In this document: piece by piece, positions 34,037-43,318 of the stretch
Layout: every line of letters starts with the position of its first letter
Numbering within the stretch: position 1 is the first letter of the stretch
Assembly (NCBI GenBank): GCA_950072105.1
Contig: CATMOE010000010.1
Coordinates: 4,438-68,437 of the forward strand
DNA length: 64,000 nt
Reading direction: 5' to 3'
Source: an uncultured Dehalococcoidia bacterium
GTDB taxonomy: Bacteria > Chloroflexota > Dehalococcoidia > Lucifugimonadales > UBA3495
The notes under the pieces: model-generated
Seen by the model: only the letters and a program-made list of their open reading frames with translations
Told to the model about the DNA's origin: nothing
Databases searched by the model: none
Translations under genes and position numbers: made by a program

Positions 34037-35440
34037 CTACCGCCGATAGAGGTTTCCAGCGGAGGTTCGTTCGCAGTTCAGACGGCGGTTCAGGTGCAAG
34101 CCTTCCAGGATAAAGTCCACCGCTGAGGCTACAACCTCGGCTCTCTCGTCGCTGGTCAATTGCTTCACGGCGTCGGCCAATCCGTCAACCTCCGTCAGCA
34201 ATGCCATATATTCGGCGGCCGGCTTTTCGCTACTCGTCTCCGCCGTGTGGCCCATATCGAATGCCGTAACGATCCGCTCCAACTGGTCCACGTCAAACCG
34301 TGAGCCGAAGATACGCAGCACGGCGCGGCGCGTAAGATCGTCGGTAACCCGGCTTTCCCGGCCTTCCTCAAAGGTTTCCAGTTCTATCTTGCCGGAAAAC
34401 GAAGCCACGATATACGGCAGGTCGGTGGTCCTGGGACAGACCCATTGATCACCGTGGATGATTGAGCGGCGCAGCGCGTTTCCCAACAGCGTTTCGTAGT
34501 TGGAGATGGATACTCGAACACTCACTCCGGAGCGCTGATTGATCTCGCTACTCTCCCTTGCCTGACTGGTGATCTCCGCCAGAATCTCTTTTATGTAGTC
34601 CGGAATCACCATGCTGTCCTCGTCGGGGAACCGGGTCCGCTCCTGATCCATGATGGTGATTTCGTCTTCAGTGGTCTTGGGGTAGTGGGTATGGATCTGA
34701 GACCCGTAGCGGTCTTTCAGCGGCGTCACGATGCGTCCGCGGTTGGTGTAGTCCTCTGGGTTAGCGGTGGAAACCACGTAAACGTCCAAGGGCAACCGGA
34801 TGCGGTAACCCTTGATCTGCACGTCACGCTCTTCCATGAGATTGAACAACCCCACCTGGATGCGCTCGGCTAGATCGGGCAGCTCATTGATACAAAAGAT
34901 TCCCCGGTTGGTGCGCGGCACCAGACCGTAGTGGATAACCAACTCATCCGAAAGGTAATGCCCTTCGGCGACCTTGATCGGGTCGATCTCACCGATAAGG
35001 TCGGCGATGGAGATGTCCGGAGTGGCTAGTTTCTCCGAATAACGCTCGTCTCTGGAAAGCCATTGGATCCCGGTTTCGTCTCCGTCGGCGGCGATTTTAT
35101 CCCGGCAGACCCGGCAGACCGGGGCGTAGGGGTTATCGTTTATCTCGCAGTCCGCGATCTTAGGAATCGATTCGTCCAACAGTGTGACCAGACTGCGGAT
35201 CACCCGGGACTTGGCCTGGCCTCGCTCTCCAAGAAGAATCACGTCCTGGCCTGCCAAGATGGCGTTCTCCAGTTGAGGAATGACTGTATGCTCAAAGCCA
35301 ATTATGCCGGGGAAAACGATCTCTTCCGCTTTGATCTTGGCTATAAGATTCTTGCGCATCTCTTCGCGTACCGGTATCACCTGATAACCGCTGGCACGCA
35401 GTTCTCCGATGGTTCCTGGCAAGGTCGTTGAGGTCATCAT
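34037..35440 (-). CDS. AAA+ ATPase, Mg-chelatase ChlI/BchI-like
   Basis: 467 aa. Walker A-like GERGQAKS, Walker B ..FCINELPDL.., ..VSTANPEDY..RGRI.. No D/H chelatase partner or VWA partner is adjacent. Confidence 0.6.
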   Translation of the reverse strand: MMTSTTLPGTIGELRASGYQVIPVREEMRKNLIAKIKAEEIVFPGIIGFEHTVIPQLENAILAGQDVILLGERGQAKSRVIRSLVTLLDESIPKIADCEINDNPYAPVCRVCRDKIAADGDETGIQWLSRDERYSEKLATPDISIADLIGEIDPIKVAEGHYLSDELVIHYGLVPRTNRGIFCINELPDLAERIQVGLFNLMEERDVQIKGYRIRLPLDVYVVSTANPEDYTNRGRIVTPLKDRYGSQIHTHYPKTTEDEITIMDQERTRFPDEDSMVIPDYIKEILAEITSQARESSEINQRSGVSVRVSISNYETLLGNALRRSIIHGDQWVCPRTTDLPYIVASFSGKIELETFEEGRESRVTDDLTRRAVLRIFGSRFDVDQLERIVTAFDMGHTAETSSEKPAAEYMALLTEVDGLADAVKQLTSDERAEVVASAVDFILEGLHLNRRLNCERTSAGNLYRR

Positions 35441-35711
35441 TAAAGCTCCGCTTCAGAATCGTATCAGTATAGCCCATGCAGGCTGGAGGCGATAGAGAAT
35501 GCCATAACCATCGGTCGATCTGTTCAGATGCCCCAGCTGTATTGCAAATGTTACGTTTGGGAGGAAGTAATAAGTTTCGCGAACCAAGCTTCCAGCCTCA
35601 CAGGGTGGCCCAGCAAGGTAGGATTGGCTAGAGATAATTTCCAAGCAGCGGCGCCTTAGTCTATAATTACTATTAAGAAACCATCAAGAACCGTCCTTTC
35701 GGAGCAGCGTG

Positions 35712-36083
35712 ATGTTCCATCGACTCGCCCTTCCATTAATATTCTTCCTGTTCCCCCGCGTGGGGCCGCCTCTTTTCCGGTTCATCAGGCTCATTTGGCG
35801 GCTGAACTTCGACAAGCGCGTGCCCCTGGTTTTGCGGGCATTGGTTCCGCTGGCCATCGTTTACTTTCTGCTTCCCATTGATTTGATACCGGACACCCTT
35901 GGCTATCTGGGCAAATTCGACGACCTTATTATCTTGGCGATGGCGGCGTTGCTGTTGACGAAGCTGGCGCCGCGGCACGTGGTAGACGAGCACAGTGGCA
36001 ACAAGCCGAAAGATGACCGTCCCCAAGAAAAGGACCCTGACAAGATTGTGGAGGGGTCCTCCCACATCGTCGACGATGAGTAA
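35712..36083 (+). CDS. DUF1232 (YkvA-like) membrane protein
   Basis: ..YFLLPIDLIPDTLGYLGKFDDLIIL.. is the DUF1232 signature. ATG at 35712, 7 nt after GGAG. Confidence 0.7.
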   Translation: MFHRLALPLIFFLFPRVGPPLFRFIRLIWRLNFDKRVPLVLRALVPLAIVYFLLPIDLIPDTLGYLGKFDDLIILAMAALLLTKLAPRHVVDEHSGNKPKDDRPQEKDPDKIVEGSSHIVDDE

Positions 36084-36152
36084 TCCTCGAGAATCCCGGC
36101 GAACAGCCGGAATTTAATCCCATTTTCAAGCCGCTTGAATACACGCCGATAA

Positions 36153-37382
36153 ATGCTAGCTGATCCCACTTCCCCGACGTCCATCGTCCCGCCATCTGGG
36201 ATGGCCCTCTACATCCATGTCCCCTTCTGCAAGACGAAGTGCCCCTACTGCGACTTCAATACCTACCAAGGTATCGAACGGATGATGGATCCTTATATGG
36301 GCGCCGTGACTCAAGAAATCACCCAGTGGGGGCGGGTGCTGGAAGGGGCGTCCATAAACTCGGTGTTTTTCGGTGGGGGTACGCCATCTTATCTCAAAGA
36401 AGGTTCCATCGACCGCATATTGGAGTCGGCTCGCTCCTCTTTCCAGCTTAAGGACGGCGCGGAAATCACGATAGAAGCCAACCCCGGCGACCTGGACCTG
36501 CCAGCCTGTCAGCGGCTGATTAACGCCGGGGTTAACCGTCTCAGCATTGGTGTGCAGAGTCTGGACAACGAATTATTGAGTCTCCTGGGCCGCCGTCACG
36601 ACGCCGATCAAGCCATGGCGGCTCTGGCAATCGCCCGGAGCGGCGGGTTTTCCAACATCAACCTGGATTTTATGTACGGACTGCCTCACCAGACGATGCT
36701 CCAGTGGCAGGACACCATGCAGCGTATGGTGTCCCAGCATCCCGACCACATTTCCCTATATTGCCTCACCCTTGAAGAAGGCACGCCGCTGCATCGATGG
36801 GTTGAAACGGGAAAGCTTCCCCAGGCTGACGAGGACCTGGCCGCCGACATGTATCACTACGCCGCCGATCTGATGGAACAAGAAGGCTACCAACATTACG
36901 AGATCTCCAACTGGTGCCTGCCAGGCTCTGAGTGCCGGCACAATCTGTGCTACTGGCTCAATCAACCGTATCTTGGCGTTGGTCCCGGAGCTCACTCCAG
37001 CCTAGGCGCGTACCGTTTCTGGGACATTTCTTCCCCCGGAACCTACATCGCTTCGGTCAACGACTGGGCAACCAAGAACCCCCAGCCGGCCATCGGACTA
37101 ACCGAAGAGGTCTTGAATAGCGTATTGCCCGTGGACCACCACGAACACATCGATGAGAACACTTTCTTGGCGGAGACCATGTTTTTGGGACTACGGCTGC
37201 TTGAAGGCATGGATCTAGCCGAAGTCTCAGCCCGCATAGGAATAGACCTGGGCGAGCGTTACCGGTCGGAGATCCAGGACCTCACCGAATTGGGGCTGCT
37301 GGAGCAAGAAGGACCTCTGCTACGCCTAACCAAACCAGCCCACCTGATCGCCAACCAGGTTTTCACCCGGTTCGTTGGGTGA
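36153..37382 (+). CDS. hemW: radical SAM family haem chaperone HemW
   Basis: ..LYIHVPFCKTKCPYCDFN.., ..FFGGGTPS.., HemN_C-type C-terminus. The start may be Met17 (36201). Confidence 0.85.
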   Translation: MLADPTSPTSIVPPSGMALYIHVPFCKTKCPYCDFNTYQGIERMMDPYMGAVTQEITQWGRVLEGASINSVFFGGGTPSYLKEGSIDRILESARSSFQLKDGAEITIEANPGDLDLPACQRLINAGVNRLSIGVQSLDNELLSLLGRRHDADQAMAALAIARSGGFSNINLDFMYGLPHQTMLQWQDTMQRMVSQHPDHISLYCLTLEEGTPLHRWVETGKLPQADEDLAADMYHYAADLMEQEGYQHYEISNWCLPGSECRHNLCYWLNQPYLGVGPGAHSSLGAYRFWDISSPGTYIASVNDWATKNPQPAIGLTEEVLNSVLPVDHHEHIDENTFLAETMFLGLRLLEGMDLAEVSARIGIDLGERYRSEIQDLTELGLLEQEGPLLRLTKPAHLIANQVFTRFVG

Positions 37383-37391
37383 GTTTGGGGC

Positions 37392-37724
37392 ATGCTGCTT
37401 CCCCGTCGCGAGAGCGCGTACATTCCACCCGCAAAATTAACCGGGTATCTCCTATCTGAAACACACCCTGTTGGCAGATTTAAGGCTCGATTTTTTTATG
37501 CCGTCGGATACGATTCCACTAATGCCCAATCACTTGAGCGGGCGTTGATCAACATCGCCCATGAACAGGAAGTCACTGATACTATTTCCACGTCCTACGG
37601 TACAATATATGTCATAGACGGTACTCTCCAAACACCGAGGGGAACCGATTTACAAATTAGAACAGTGTGGATCATAGTGCCAGGTGAATCTAGTTCGCGA
37701 TTGGTAACCGCCTATCCAGGTTGA
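37392..37724 (+). CDS. DUF6883 domain-containing protein (candidate toxin-like partner)
   Basis: 110 aa. ..KLTGYLLSETHPVGRFKARFF..GY.. and the C-terminal ..RLVTAYP match my memory of the DUF6883 pattern. Starts 9 nt after the hemW stop. Visibly AT-richer than flanks. Confidence 0.55.
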   Translation: MLLPRRESAYIPPAKLTGYLLSETHPVGRFKARFFYAVGYDSTNAQSLERALINIAHEQEVTDTISTSYGTIYVIDGTLQTPRGTDLQIRTVWIIVPGESSSRLVTAYPG

Positions 37725-37746
37725 GCGTTCATCGGGGAGAGTTTTT

Positions 37747-37977
37747 ATGGTTAAAGAGCTAGACACCGTCGTCCTGACCCACGCCATAAAAGAACACGGA
37801 CTGGAAGGTGGCGATATCGGAGCGGTAGTTCATTGCTATCCCGAGGGAACTGCTTTTGAAGTCGAGTTCCTCACCGCCGAGGGCAAAACCATAGCTTTGC
37901 TTACCCTAGACGAGACTGACGTCCGGCCCATGGGCGGCAGCGAGATCCTCCACGTTCGAGAATTCACGCCGGTGTAG
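37747..37977 (+). CDS. DUF4926 domain-containing protein
   Basis: 76 aa. MVKELDTVVLTHAIKEHGLEGGDIGAVVH..FEVEF.. pattern. GGGGAGAG RBS. Confidence 0.6.
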   Translation: MVKELDTVVLTHAIKEHGLEGGDIGAVVHCYPEGTAFEVEFLTAEGKTIALLTLDETDVRPMGGSEILHVREFTPV

Positions 37978-38123
37978 CAGAATTCCGGAAATCGCATATG
38001 GTGCGACCCTACGTTTCTCACTACCAGTTAGGGATTCCTTCAATTGATAGCTCAGGCGTATGGGTTTGGCTACCCCATTCTCGCCGCCGATGCTATTCTT
38101 TAGGGACACCGCCCTCAAGGACT

Positions 38124-38260
38124 AACCGCCCATGTACGTAATCGGCACCGCGGGCCACGTGGACCACGGCAAGTCTACCTTGGTCAAAGCCCTGACCAAC
38201 ATTGATCCCGACCGGCTCAAAGAGGAAAAAGAGCAGGTAGTGACAGTTCTTCCGAGATAA
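38124..38260 (+). pseudogene. duplicated 5' fragment of selB (RBS region plus first 34 codons, then 8 unrelated codons and TAA)
   Basis: 38124-38237 matches 39158-39271 at 109/114 positions. ATG at 38132 encodes [34 protein letters not shown], then QVVTVLPR and a stop at 38258-38260. Confidence 0.85.
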
Positions 38261-39157
38261 TCATCGCTTAGAAAGATTCAATATGATTCGTGAGTTACAA
38301 ACAGTTGTGCTTACGCACGATATCAAAGAGTTTGACTTAAAGATGGGCGACATTGGCACCGTAGTCCATCGGCACGGCGGCGACGAGTTCGAAGTTGAAT
38401 TTCGTATGACCGGAGGTAGGTCGAAAGCCGTAATTACTCTAACCGGGAATGATTTACTCTCCGAAAATCTTGGATCTGAAGAGGTGCCTTCTGGAAAATC
38501 AACTGAACACCCCTATGACCAGCAGATCCAAGAGGAGATATTGCCGTTTCTTCAAGACACGGCGTTTAATCATCTTGGGCATCTGAAGCGTGGCCTTCTG
38601 AGCACATTCTCGGTGATGTTGGATCAACATTGCTCTATCGATTGCGATGCCACGACACTATCTCTGGCGCTTCATGGCCATGGTCTAGGATTTGCCAGAT
38701 TATTCAAGGACCCGAACTTCAGAACCTTGACGACCGTATACTTCAATCTCGCAAACGATAATGATTACCTGGAAGCATGTTCGTTCCTCCGATTGTCGCT
38801 TCCTTCCGCGGAGCGTTTACAGGCGTTTAGAGAATTGAGCCAAAAAATACCGGAATTAGTATCTTCCAGGTATCCGGGTGGGCGGACACCACCTTTGAAC
38901 ATGGAATCGATGTTGTTCAGTAAGCTCTTTGAGATGTTGCTGTGCTACTCTCATGCAATCGCTGGCTTCAGTAACGCTATATACCGGTCCAACTTGATAC
39001 TTGAAGAGGAACTACTTTCTTAAAGTGCGGCACTACATAATGGGCGGTTCGGTGTACCACCCTAAGTACGCGATATTCCAATCAACACACGTAATGTCAG
39101 GCGTCTCTAGTGGCTAAAATGAGAAACTTTAAATCCGTCCATGTGCTAAATCGAGGA
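38238..39157 (+). mobile_element. 920-bp AT-richer insert bracketed by the 114-bp selB-5' direct repeats (single-gene cassette; no recombinase)
   Basis: Bounded by direct repeats 38124-38237 and 39158-39271. Composition is visibly lower in GC than neighbours. Contains only ORF 38283-39023. Confidence 0.45.
38283..39023 (+). CDS. DUF4926-like N-terminal domain fused to an unrecognised ~180-aa C-terminal domain
   Basis: 246 aa. Residues 1-60 (MIRELQTVVLTHDIKEFDLKMGDIGTVVH..FEVEF..) are about half identical to ORF 37747-37977. I cannot assign the C-terminal part to any family. Confidence 0.6.
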   Translation: MIRELQTVVLTHDIKEFDLKMGDIGTVVHRHGGDEFEVEFRMTGGRSKAVITLTGNDLLSENLGSEEVPSGKSTEHPYDQQIQEEILPFLQDTAFNHLGHLKRGLLSTFSVMLDQHCSIDCDATTLSLALHGHGLGFARLFKDPNFRTLTTVYFNLANDNDYLEACSFLRLSLPSAERLQAFRELSQKIPELVSSRYPGGRTPPLNMESMLFSKLFEMLLCYSHAIAGFSNAIYRSNLILEEELLS

Positions 39158-39271
39158 AACCGCCCATGTACGTAATCGGTACCGCGGGCCACGTGGACCA
39201 CGGCAAGTCCACCTTGGTCAAAGCCCTGACCAACATAGACCCCGACCGGCTCAAAGAGGAAAAAGAGCGGG
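39158..39271. repeat. right copy of the 114-bp direct repeat (native selB RBS plus first 35 codons)
   Basis: Direct comparison with 38124-38237 shows differences only at codons 5, 15, 24, 25 (all synonymous third positions) and codon 35 (CGG versus CAG at the junction). Confidence 0.85.
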
Positions 39272-41031
39272 AGATGACCATTGACCTGGGCTTTGCCTGG
39301 CTGACCTTGCCCAGCGGACGGGAAATCTCCATCGTCGATGTGCCCGGACACGAGCGGTTCATCAAGAACATGCTGGCCGGCGTCGGCGGAGTTGACCTAG
39401 CCATGCTGATCGTCGCGGCCGACGAAAGCGTCATGCCCCAGACCCGGGAACACCTGGCTATCCTCGATATCCTCCAGATCCGCAAAGGGATAGTCGTCAT
39501 CACCAAGACGGACACGGTTGACGAGGAACTGGTGGAGTTGGTCAAGGCCGAAGTGGAAGATTTCCTGGAAGGGACGTCCTTCCAGGGATGCCCCACGGTG
39601 GGCGTTTCCGCCTACACCGGCGACGGCCTTGACGAGCTCAAGTCCGTCCTAGATCAGGTGCTAGATAACACAGAGTCTCGGCGGGACCTGGGACGGCCCA
39701 GGCTGCCCGTGGACCGTAGTTTTACCATCTCTGGGTTCGGGACCGTGGTCACCGGAACGCTTATCGACGGTGCTCTTACCGTGGGCCAGGAGGTGGAGCT
39801 GGCCAATTCGGGCCGCCACGCCCGGATCCGCGGTCTCCAAAGCCACCAATCCAAAGTGGACCAAGCCCAACCCGGCGTTCGTTTAGCGGTAAATCTATCG
39901 GGCCTGTCCCGCAACGACGTGCCGCGGGGCGAAGTGCTTACTTCCGCCGGTTGGCTGCGCCGGACCAATCGATTGGACGCCAGGGTCAGGATGGTCAAAG
40001 GCGCGCCCCACTCCCTTCGTCACAACGAGGGCGTCACATTCCATCTATTTACCAGCGAGACCACCGCTCGCGTCAGGCTTCTGGACGCCGACCGCTTGGC
40101 CGCTGGGGAAGACGGCTGGGTCCAGATACTCCTCACCGAACCCCTGCCCATGGTCAAGGGCGACTTCTTCGTTCTGCGCTCGTCCGAAGACACACTGGGC
40201 GGCGGACAAGTGGTGGACCCCAACCCACGCCGCAGGCATCGCCGCTTCGTCGCTGAAGTCGTGGACCGGTTGATGACGCTGGACCAGGGTTCCGGCGAAG
40301 ACGTTCTCCTTAGTGTGGCCGACCAGTGGGGCCCCTGCGACACTTCGGTTCTGTCCCAGCGCTCCAATCTTCCCGTTTCCGAAGTTCTAGAGCGCATCGA
40401 AGCGCTGGAGTCTCAGGGCGACGTGGTAGTCCTGGGCGAATTGGGAACCGACAGCGGCGCCGTCGTTTACTCCACTCAAGGATGGAGCGCCATGACCGGC
40501 AAGCTTTTCCAGGCATTGCGCGCGTACCACGACCAATATCCTCTGCGCCGGGGGGCTCCCTCCCAAGAGATCCGCAGCCGGTTGGGTCTCTCTCAGCCCA
40601 TTTTCCTTAGGGCGCAAGCCCGGTTGACTGACCAAGAGTACTTAGTAGAAGAGGGGACGCATCTACGCCTTCCCGACCATCAAGTTGCCATGACTCCGGA
40701 GATGGAGGAAAAGGTTTCGGCATACATCAAAGCGTTGGAGCAAGACCCCTACTCTCCGCCCAGCGACCGGCCTTTGGACCCCGAGTTGCTGGGCGTTCTG
40801 GCGGAAGAGGGCAAGGTTGTACGGGTGAACGATACGATAGTGTTCGCCGCTTCTGCTTACCAAGAAATGACCGATCGCATCACCGAACACCTGAAGTCCA
40901 ACGGCAGCATTACGGTGGCCGAAGCCAGGACCATGTTCGACACCAGCCGCAAGTACATTCTTCCCCTTTTAGAGTATTTGGATCAACAGCGCGTTACTCG
41001 CCGGGTTGGCGACGAACGGGTGCTGCGGTAA
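39166..41031 (+). CDS. selB: selenocysteine-specific translation elongation factor
   Basis: 621 aa. G-motifs [21 protein letters not shown]. Long C-terminal winged-helix extension characteristic of bacterial SelB. Confidence 0.9.
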   Translation: MYVIGTAGHVDHGKSTLVKALTNIDPDRLKEEKEREMTIDLGFAWLTLPSGREISIVDVPGHERFIKNMLAGVGGVDLAMLIVAADESVMPQTREHLAILDILQIRKGIVVITKTDTVDEELVELVKAEVEDFLEGTSFQGCPTVGVSAYTGDGLDELKSVLDQVLDNTESRRDLGRPRLPVDRSFTISGFGTVVTGTLIDGALTVGQEVELANSGRHARIRGLQSHQSKVDQAQPGVRLAVNLSGLSRNDVPRGEVLTSAGWLRRTNRLDARVRMVKGAPHSLRHNEGVTFHLFTSETTARVRLLDADRLAAGEDGWVQILLTEPLPMVKGDFFVLRSSEDTLGGGQVVDPNPRRRHRRFVAEVVDRLMTLDQGSGEDVLLSVADQWGPCDTSVLSQRSNLPVSEVLERIEALESQGDVVVLGELGTDSGAVVYSTQGWSAMTGKLFQALRAYHDQYPLRRGAPSQEIRSRLGLSQPIFLRAQARLTDQEYLVEEGTHLRLPDHQVAMTPEMEEKVSAYIKALEQDPYSPPSDRPLDPELLGVLAEEGKVVRVNDTIVFAASAYQEMTDRITEHLKSNGSITVAEARTMFDTSRKYILPLLEYLDQQRVTRRVGDERVLR

Positions 41032-41037
41032 CCGGCC

Positions 41038-42246
41038 ATGCCCCTAGACCTGGGACAAACAATGCTCCAGTTGGACCTGGTGAGCCGGGGTCTGGTTGCC
41101 GATAGCGGCCAACGGGAAGCCCGCCTGACGGCCTTTGTCGACGCCGCATCCAAGGTCGACGCCGCGACGGCCATCGCCAAGACTGGATATGACCCAGAGC
41201 GCCCCTTTCTCGCCGCCCAGGTGCTGGACAGTTTGCTGGGCGCCTACGCCCCGGTAGAACCGCCCATGGACTGGTGCACGGTGGCCGTGGACGGGTCACA
41301 CATCGACGTGGACCGCCACCTACCCGTGGGCTGCTACCTGATCAACATGGGCGGCTGTTCATTGACCTACGGCTCTCAGCCTGACGCCAGTTTCTTCAGT
41401 CAGCCTAGCCTTTACCACCGGCCGGAAGACTTGTATCTAACCGATCCGTCAAACCCAAACTATGAAGAACCGGTGGCCGGTCCCCTGCTAGGTTTGATCC
41501 GTACTGTTCAGGAGTTGGAGCGCCTAGCCCAAGCGGTAGCAGACGTCCCAGCCGGTCTGCCCACTCTGGCGTTGGTCGACGGCTCCTTGGTCATGTGGGG
41601 ACTGTCGGGCCGGGGCTATCCTCCGTTCGTCAAAGAAGCCATCATCCAAGAGCGGCTGTTGCCGGCCCTGAACCAACTGCGGGAAGAGTCCCAACATCGC
41701 CCGCTTTGCCTGGCAGCCTACGTTTCCCTGCCCCGCAGCGCCGAGGTAGTAAACGCGGCCCGGACCAGTCTGTGCCCTACGGAACTTTCCCAGTGCCGGA
41801 GCCGTTGCAACAATCGCCGCAGCATCCAGGCGCCCTGCGACCTATCGAACGATTTCATCGACCGGGACTTGTTTCAACGAACGCTAGACCCGGGCTGGCG
41901 GTCGGCAACCTATTTGACCAACTCCTCGGTACCCAGGGAGAGCTACGGCGAACACCAGATCTGCTTCTTTTACCTGAACTGCGGCGAGGAGATCGGACGG
42001 ATCGAGCTGCCCCAGTGGGTCGCCCAAGACGAGAGGTTGCTATCCCTGTGCCACAGCCTGGTGCTAGACCAGTGCCGGCGCGGCCAGGGCTACCCGGTGG
42101 CCATCTCCGAGGCCCATGAGCAAGCGGTAATCAACGGCGCCGACCGCCAATTTTTCAAGCAGATGCTAGCGGAAGCCCTGGAACGAGAAGGCTTGCCGGT
42201 GTACACATCGGAAAAAGACCGCTCCAAACGCACGCCCTGGCTGTGA
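41038..42246 (+). CDS. nurA: NurA-domain nuclease
   Basis: 402 aa. ..VAVDGSHIDVDRH.. and ..LALVDGSLVMWGL.. NurA catalytic-Asp motifs. ATG lies 6 nt after the selB stop. No HerA in the window. Confidence 0.75.
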   Translation: MPLDLGQTMLQLDLVSRGLVADSGQREARLTAFVDAASKVDAATAIAKTGYDPERPFLAAQVLDSLLGAYAPVEPPMDWCTVAVDGSHIDVDRHLPVGCYLINMGGCSLTYGSQPDASFFSQPSLYHRPEDLYLTDPSNPNYEEPVAGPLLGLIRTVQELERLAQAVADVPAGLPTLALVDGSLVMWGLSGRGYPPFVKEAIIQERLLPALNQLREESQHRPLCLAAYVSLPRSAEVVNAARTSLCPTELSQCRSRCNNRRSIQAPCDLSNDFIDRDLFQRTLDPGWRSATYLTNSSVPRESYGEHQICFFYLNCGEEIGRIELPQWVAQDERLLSLCHSLVLDQCRRGQGYPVAISEAHEQAVINGADRQFFKQMLAEALEREGLPVYTSEKDRSKRTPWL

Positions 42247-42324
42247 CGCCACGGACTCAAATCGTTGGCCCTCCAAAGATCAAGCTAATCTTGAATCAAC
42301 TAAAAATCCCCGGGGAGGCGTTAC

Positions 42325-43299
42325 ATGTTGCGTACCCGTATCTGTGACCTGCTGGGAATAGAGCACCCCATCATCAGCGCTCCCATGGCGGGCACGGCGA
42401 CAGCCGAGCTGGCGGCCGCTGTCTCCAACGCCGGTGGCTTTGGGATGATCGGATCGCGCGGGCAGCCAGACCCCGAGTGGCTGCGAGAGCAGATCTATAC
42501 CACCAGAGAGCTTACCGACCGGCCTTTTGGCGTGGGGTTCATCTCCTCTGCGCCGGGAATGGAGAGAGCAGTTGAGGTGGCCATCGAGGAGAAGGTTGCG
42601 GCCATCAGCCATTCCTTCGCCGACGTGACTCCCTATGTCGCCGCCGCCCAGGCGGCCGGGATAAAGGTCCTGGCTCAAGTACAAACGGTGGCCCTCGCGG
42701 AAAGCGCAGCCCTCGCCGGGGTTGACGTGATCACGGCCCAGGGCACCGAAGCCGGGGGTCATACCGGACACAACAGTACGCTACCCCTGGTCGCGGCAGT
42801 TGTCGATATCGCCGGCGGCATCCCAGTACTGGCCTCGGGAGGTATCGGCGATGGTCGCGGCCTGGCCGCGGTATTGATGTTGGGGGCAGAGGGAGCCTGG
42901 ATCGGGACCCGGTTCGTCGCCAGCCTTGAGTGGGGCGGTCCCGATTGGGCTCGGCAAAAGGTCGCTGAAGCATCTACCGACGACACCTTGCTGACCAGGG
43001 TCTACGACCTGGCAGGGGCGGCGCCCTTCCCGCCGGAAATTGGTCACCGCGTGCTGCGCAACGACTTCACCGATACATGGCACGGGCGCGATCAGGAAAT
43101 AATCGCCCGTCGGCAAGAGTTACAAGACCAAATTGACGCTGCCGGACGGGCGGGAGATACCCGCATCGCCTCGGTGAACGCCGGTGGCGCTACCGGACTG
43201 ATTGACCGGGTTGAGCCGGCAGGAGACATTGTCCGGAGAATCGTGGCCGAGACCGAGGCGATCTTACGGAGTCGACCCGGACAGGTGCTGGGCGGATAA
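42325..43299 (+). CDS. nitronate monooxygenase (NMO/2-nitropropane dioxygenase family)
   Basis: 324 aa. ..IISAPMAGTATAELAAAVSNAGGFGMIG.. and ..GTEAGGH.. motifs. Confidence 0.85.
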   Translation: MLRTRICDLLGIEHPIISAPMAGTATAELAAAVSNAGGFGMIGSRGQPDPEWLREQIYTTRELTDRPFGVGFISSAPGMERAVEVAIEEKVAAISHSFADVTPYVAAAQAAGIKVLAQVQTVALAESAALAGVDVITAQGTEAGGHTGHNSTLPLVAAVVDIAGGIPVLASGGIGDGRGLAAVLMLGAEGAWIGTRFVASLEWGGPDWARQKVAEASTDDTLLTRVYDLAGAAPFPPEIGHRVLRNDFTDTWHGRDQEIIARRQELQDQIDAAGRAGDTRIASVNAGGATGLIDRVEPAGDIVRRIVAETEAILRSRPGQVLGG

Positions 43300-43318
43300 G
43301 ACTGCGCAACTCCAAATC

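Noticed and set aside
37906-38118. 70-aa minus-strand ORF between the DUF4926 gene and the selB stub.
   Set aside because: It overlaps the 3' end of the DUF4926 gene in antisense. It has no RBS and no recognisable features, so it is probably spurious.
41038-42246. NurA as part of a complete HerA-NurA end-resection or defence pair in this window.
   Set aside because: No HerA-like (FtsK/HerA P-loop) gene is present anywhere in the 64 kb. The other AAA+ genes (28365, 34037) are MoxR and ChlI types.
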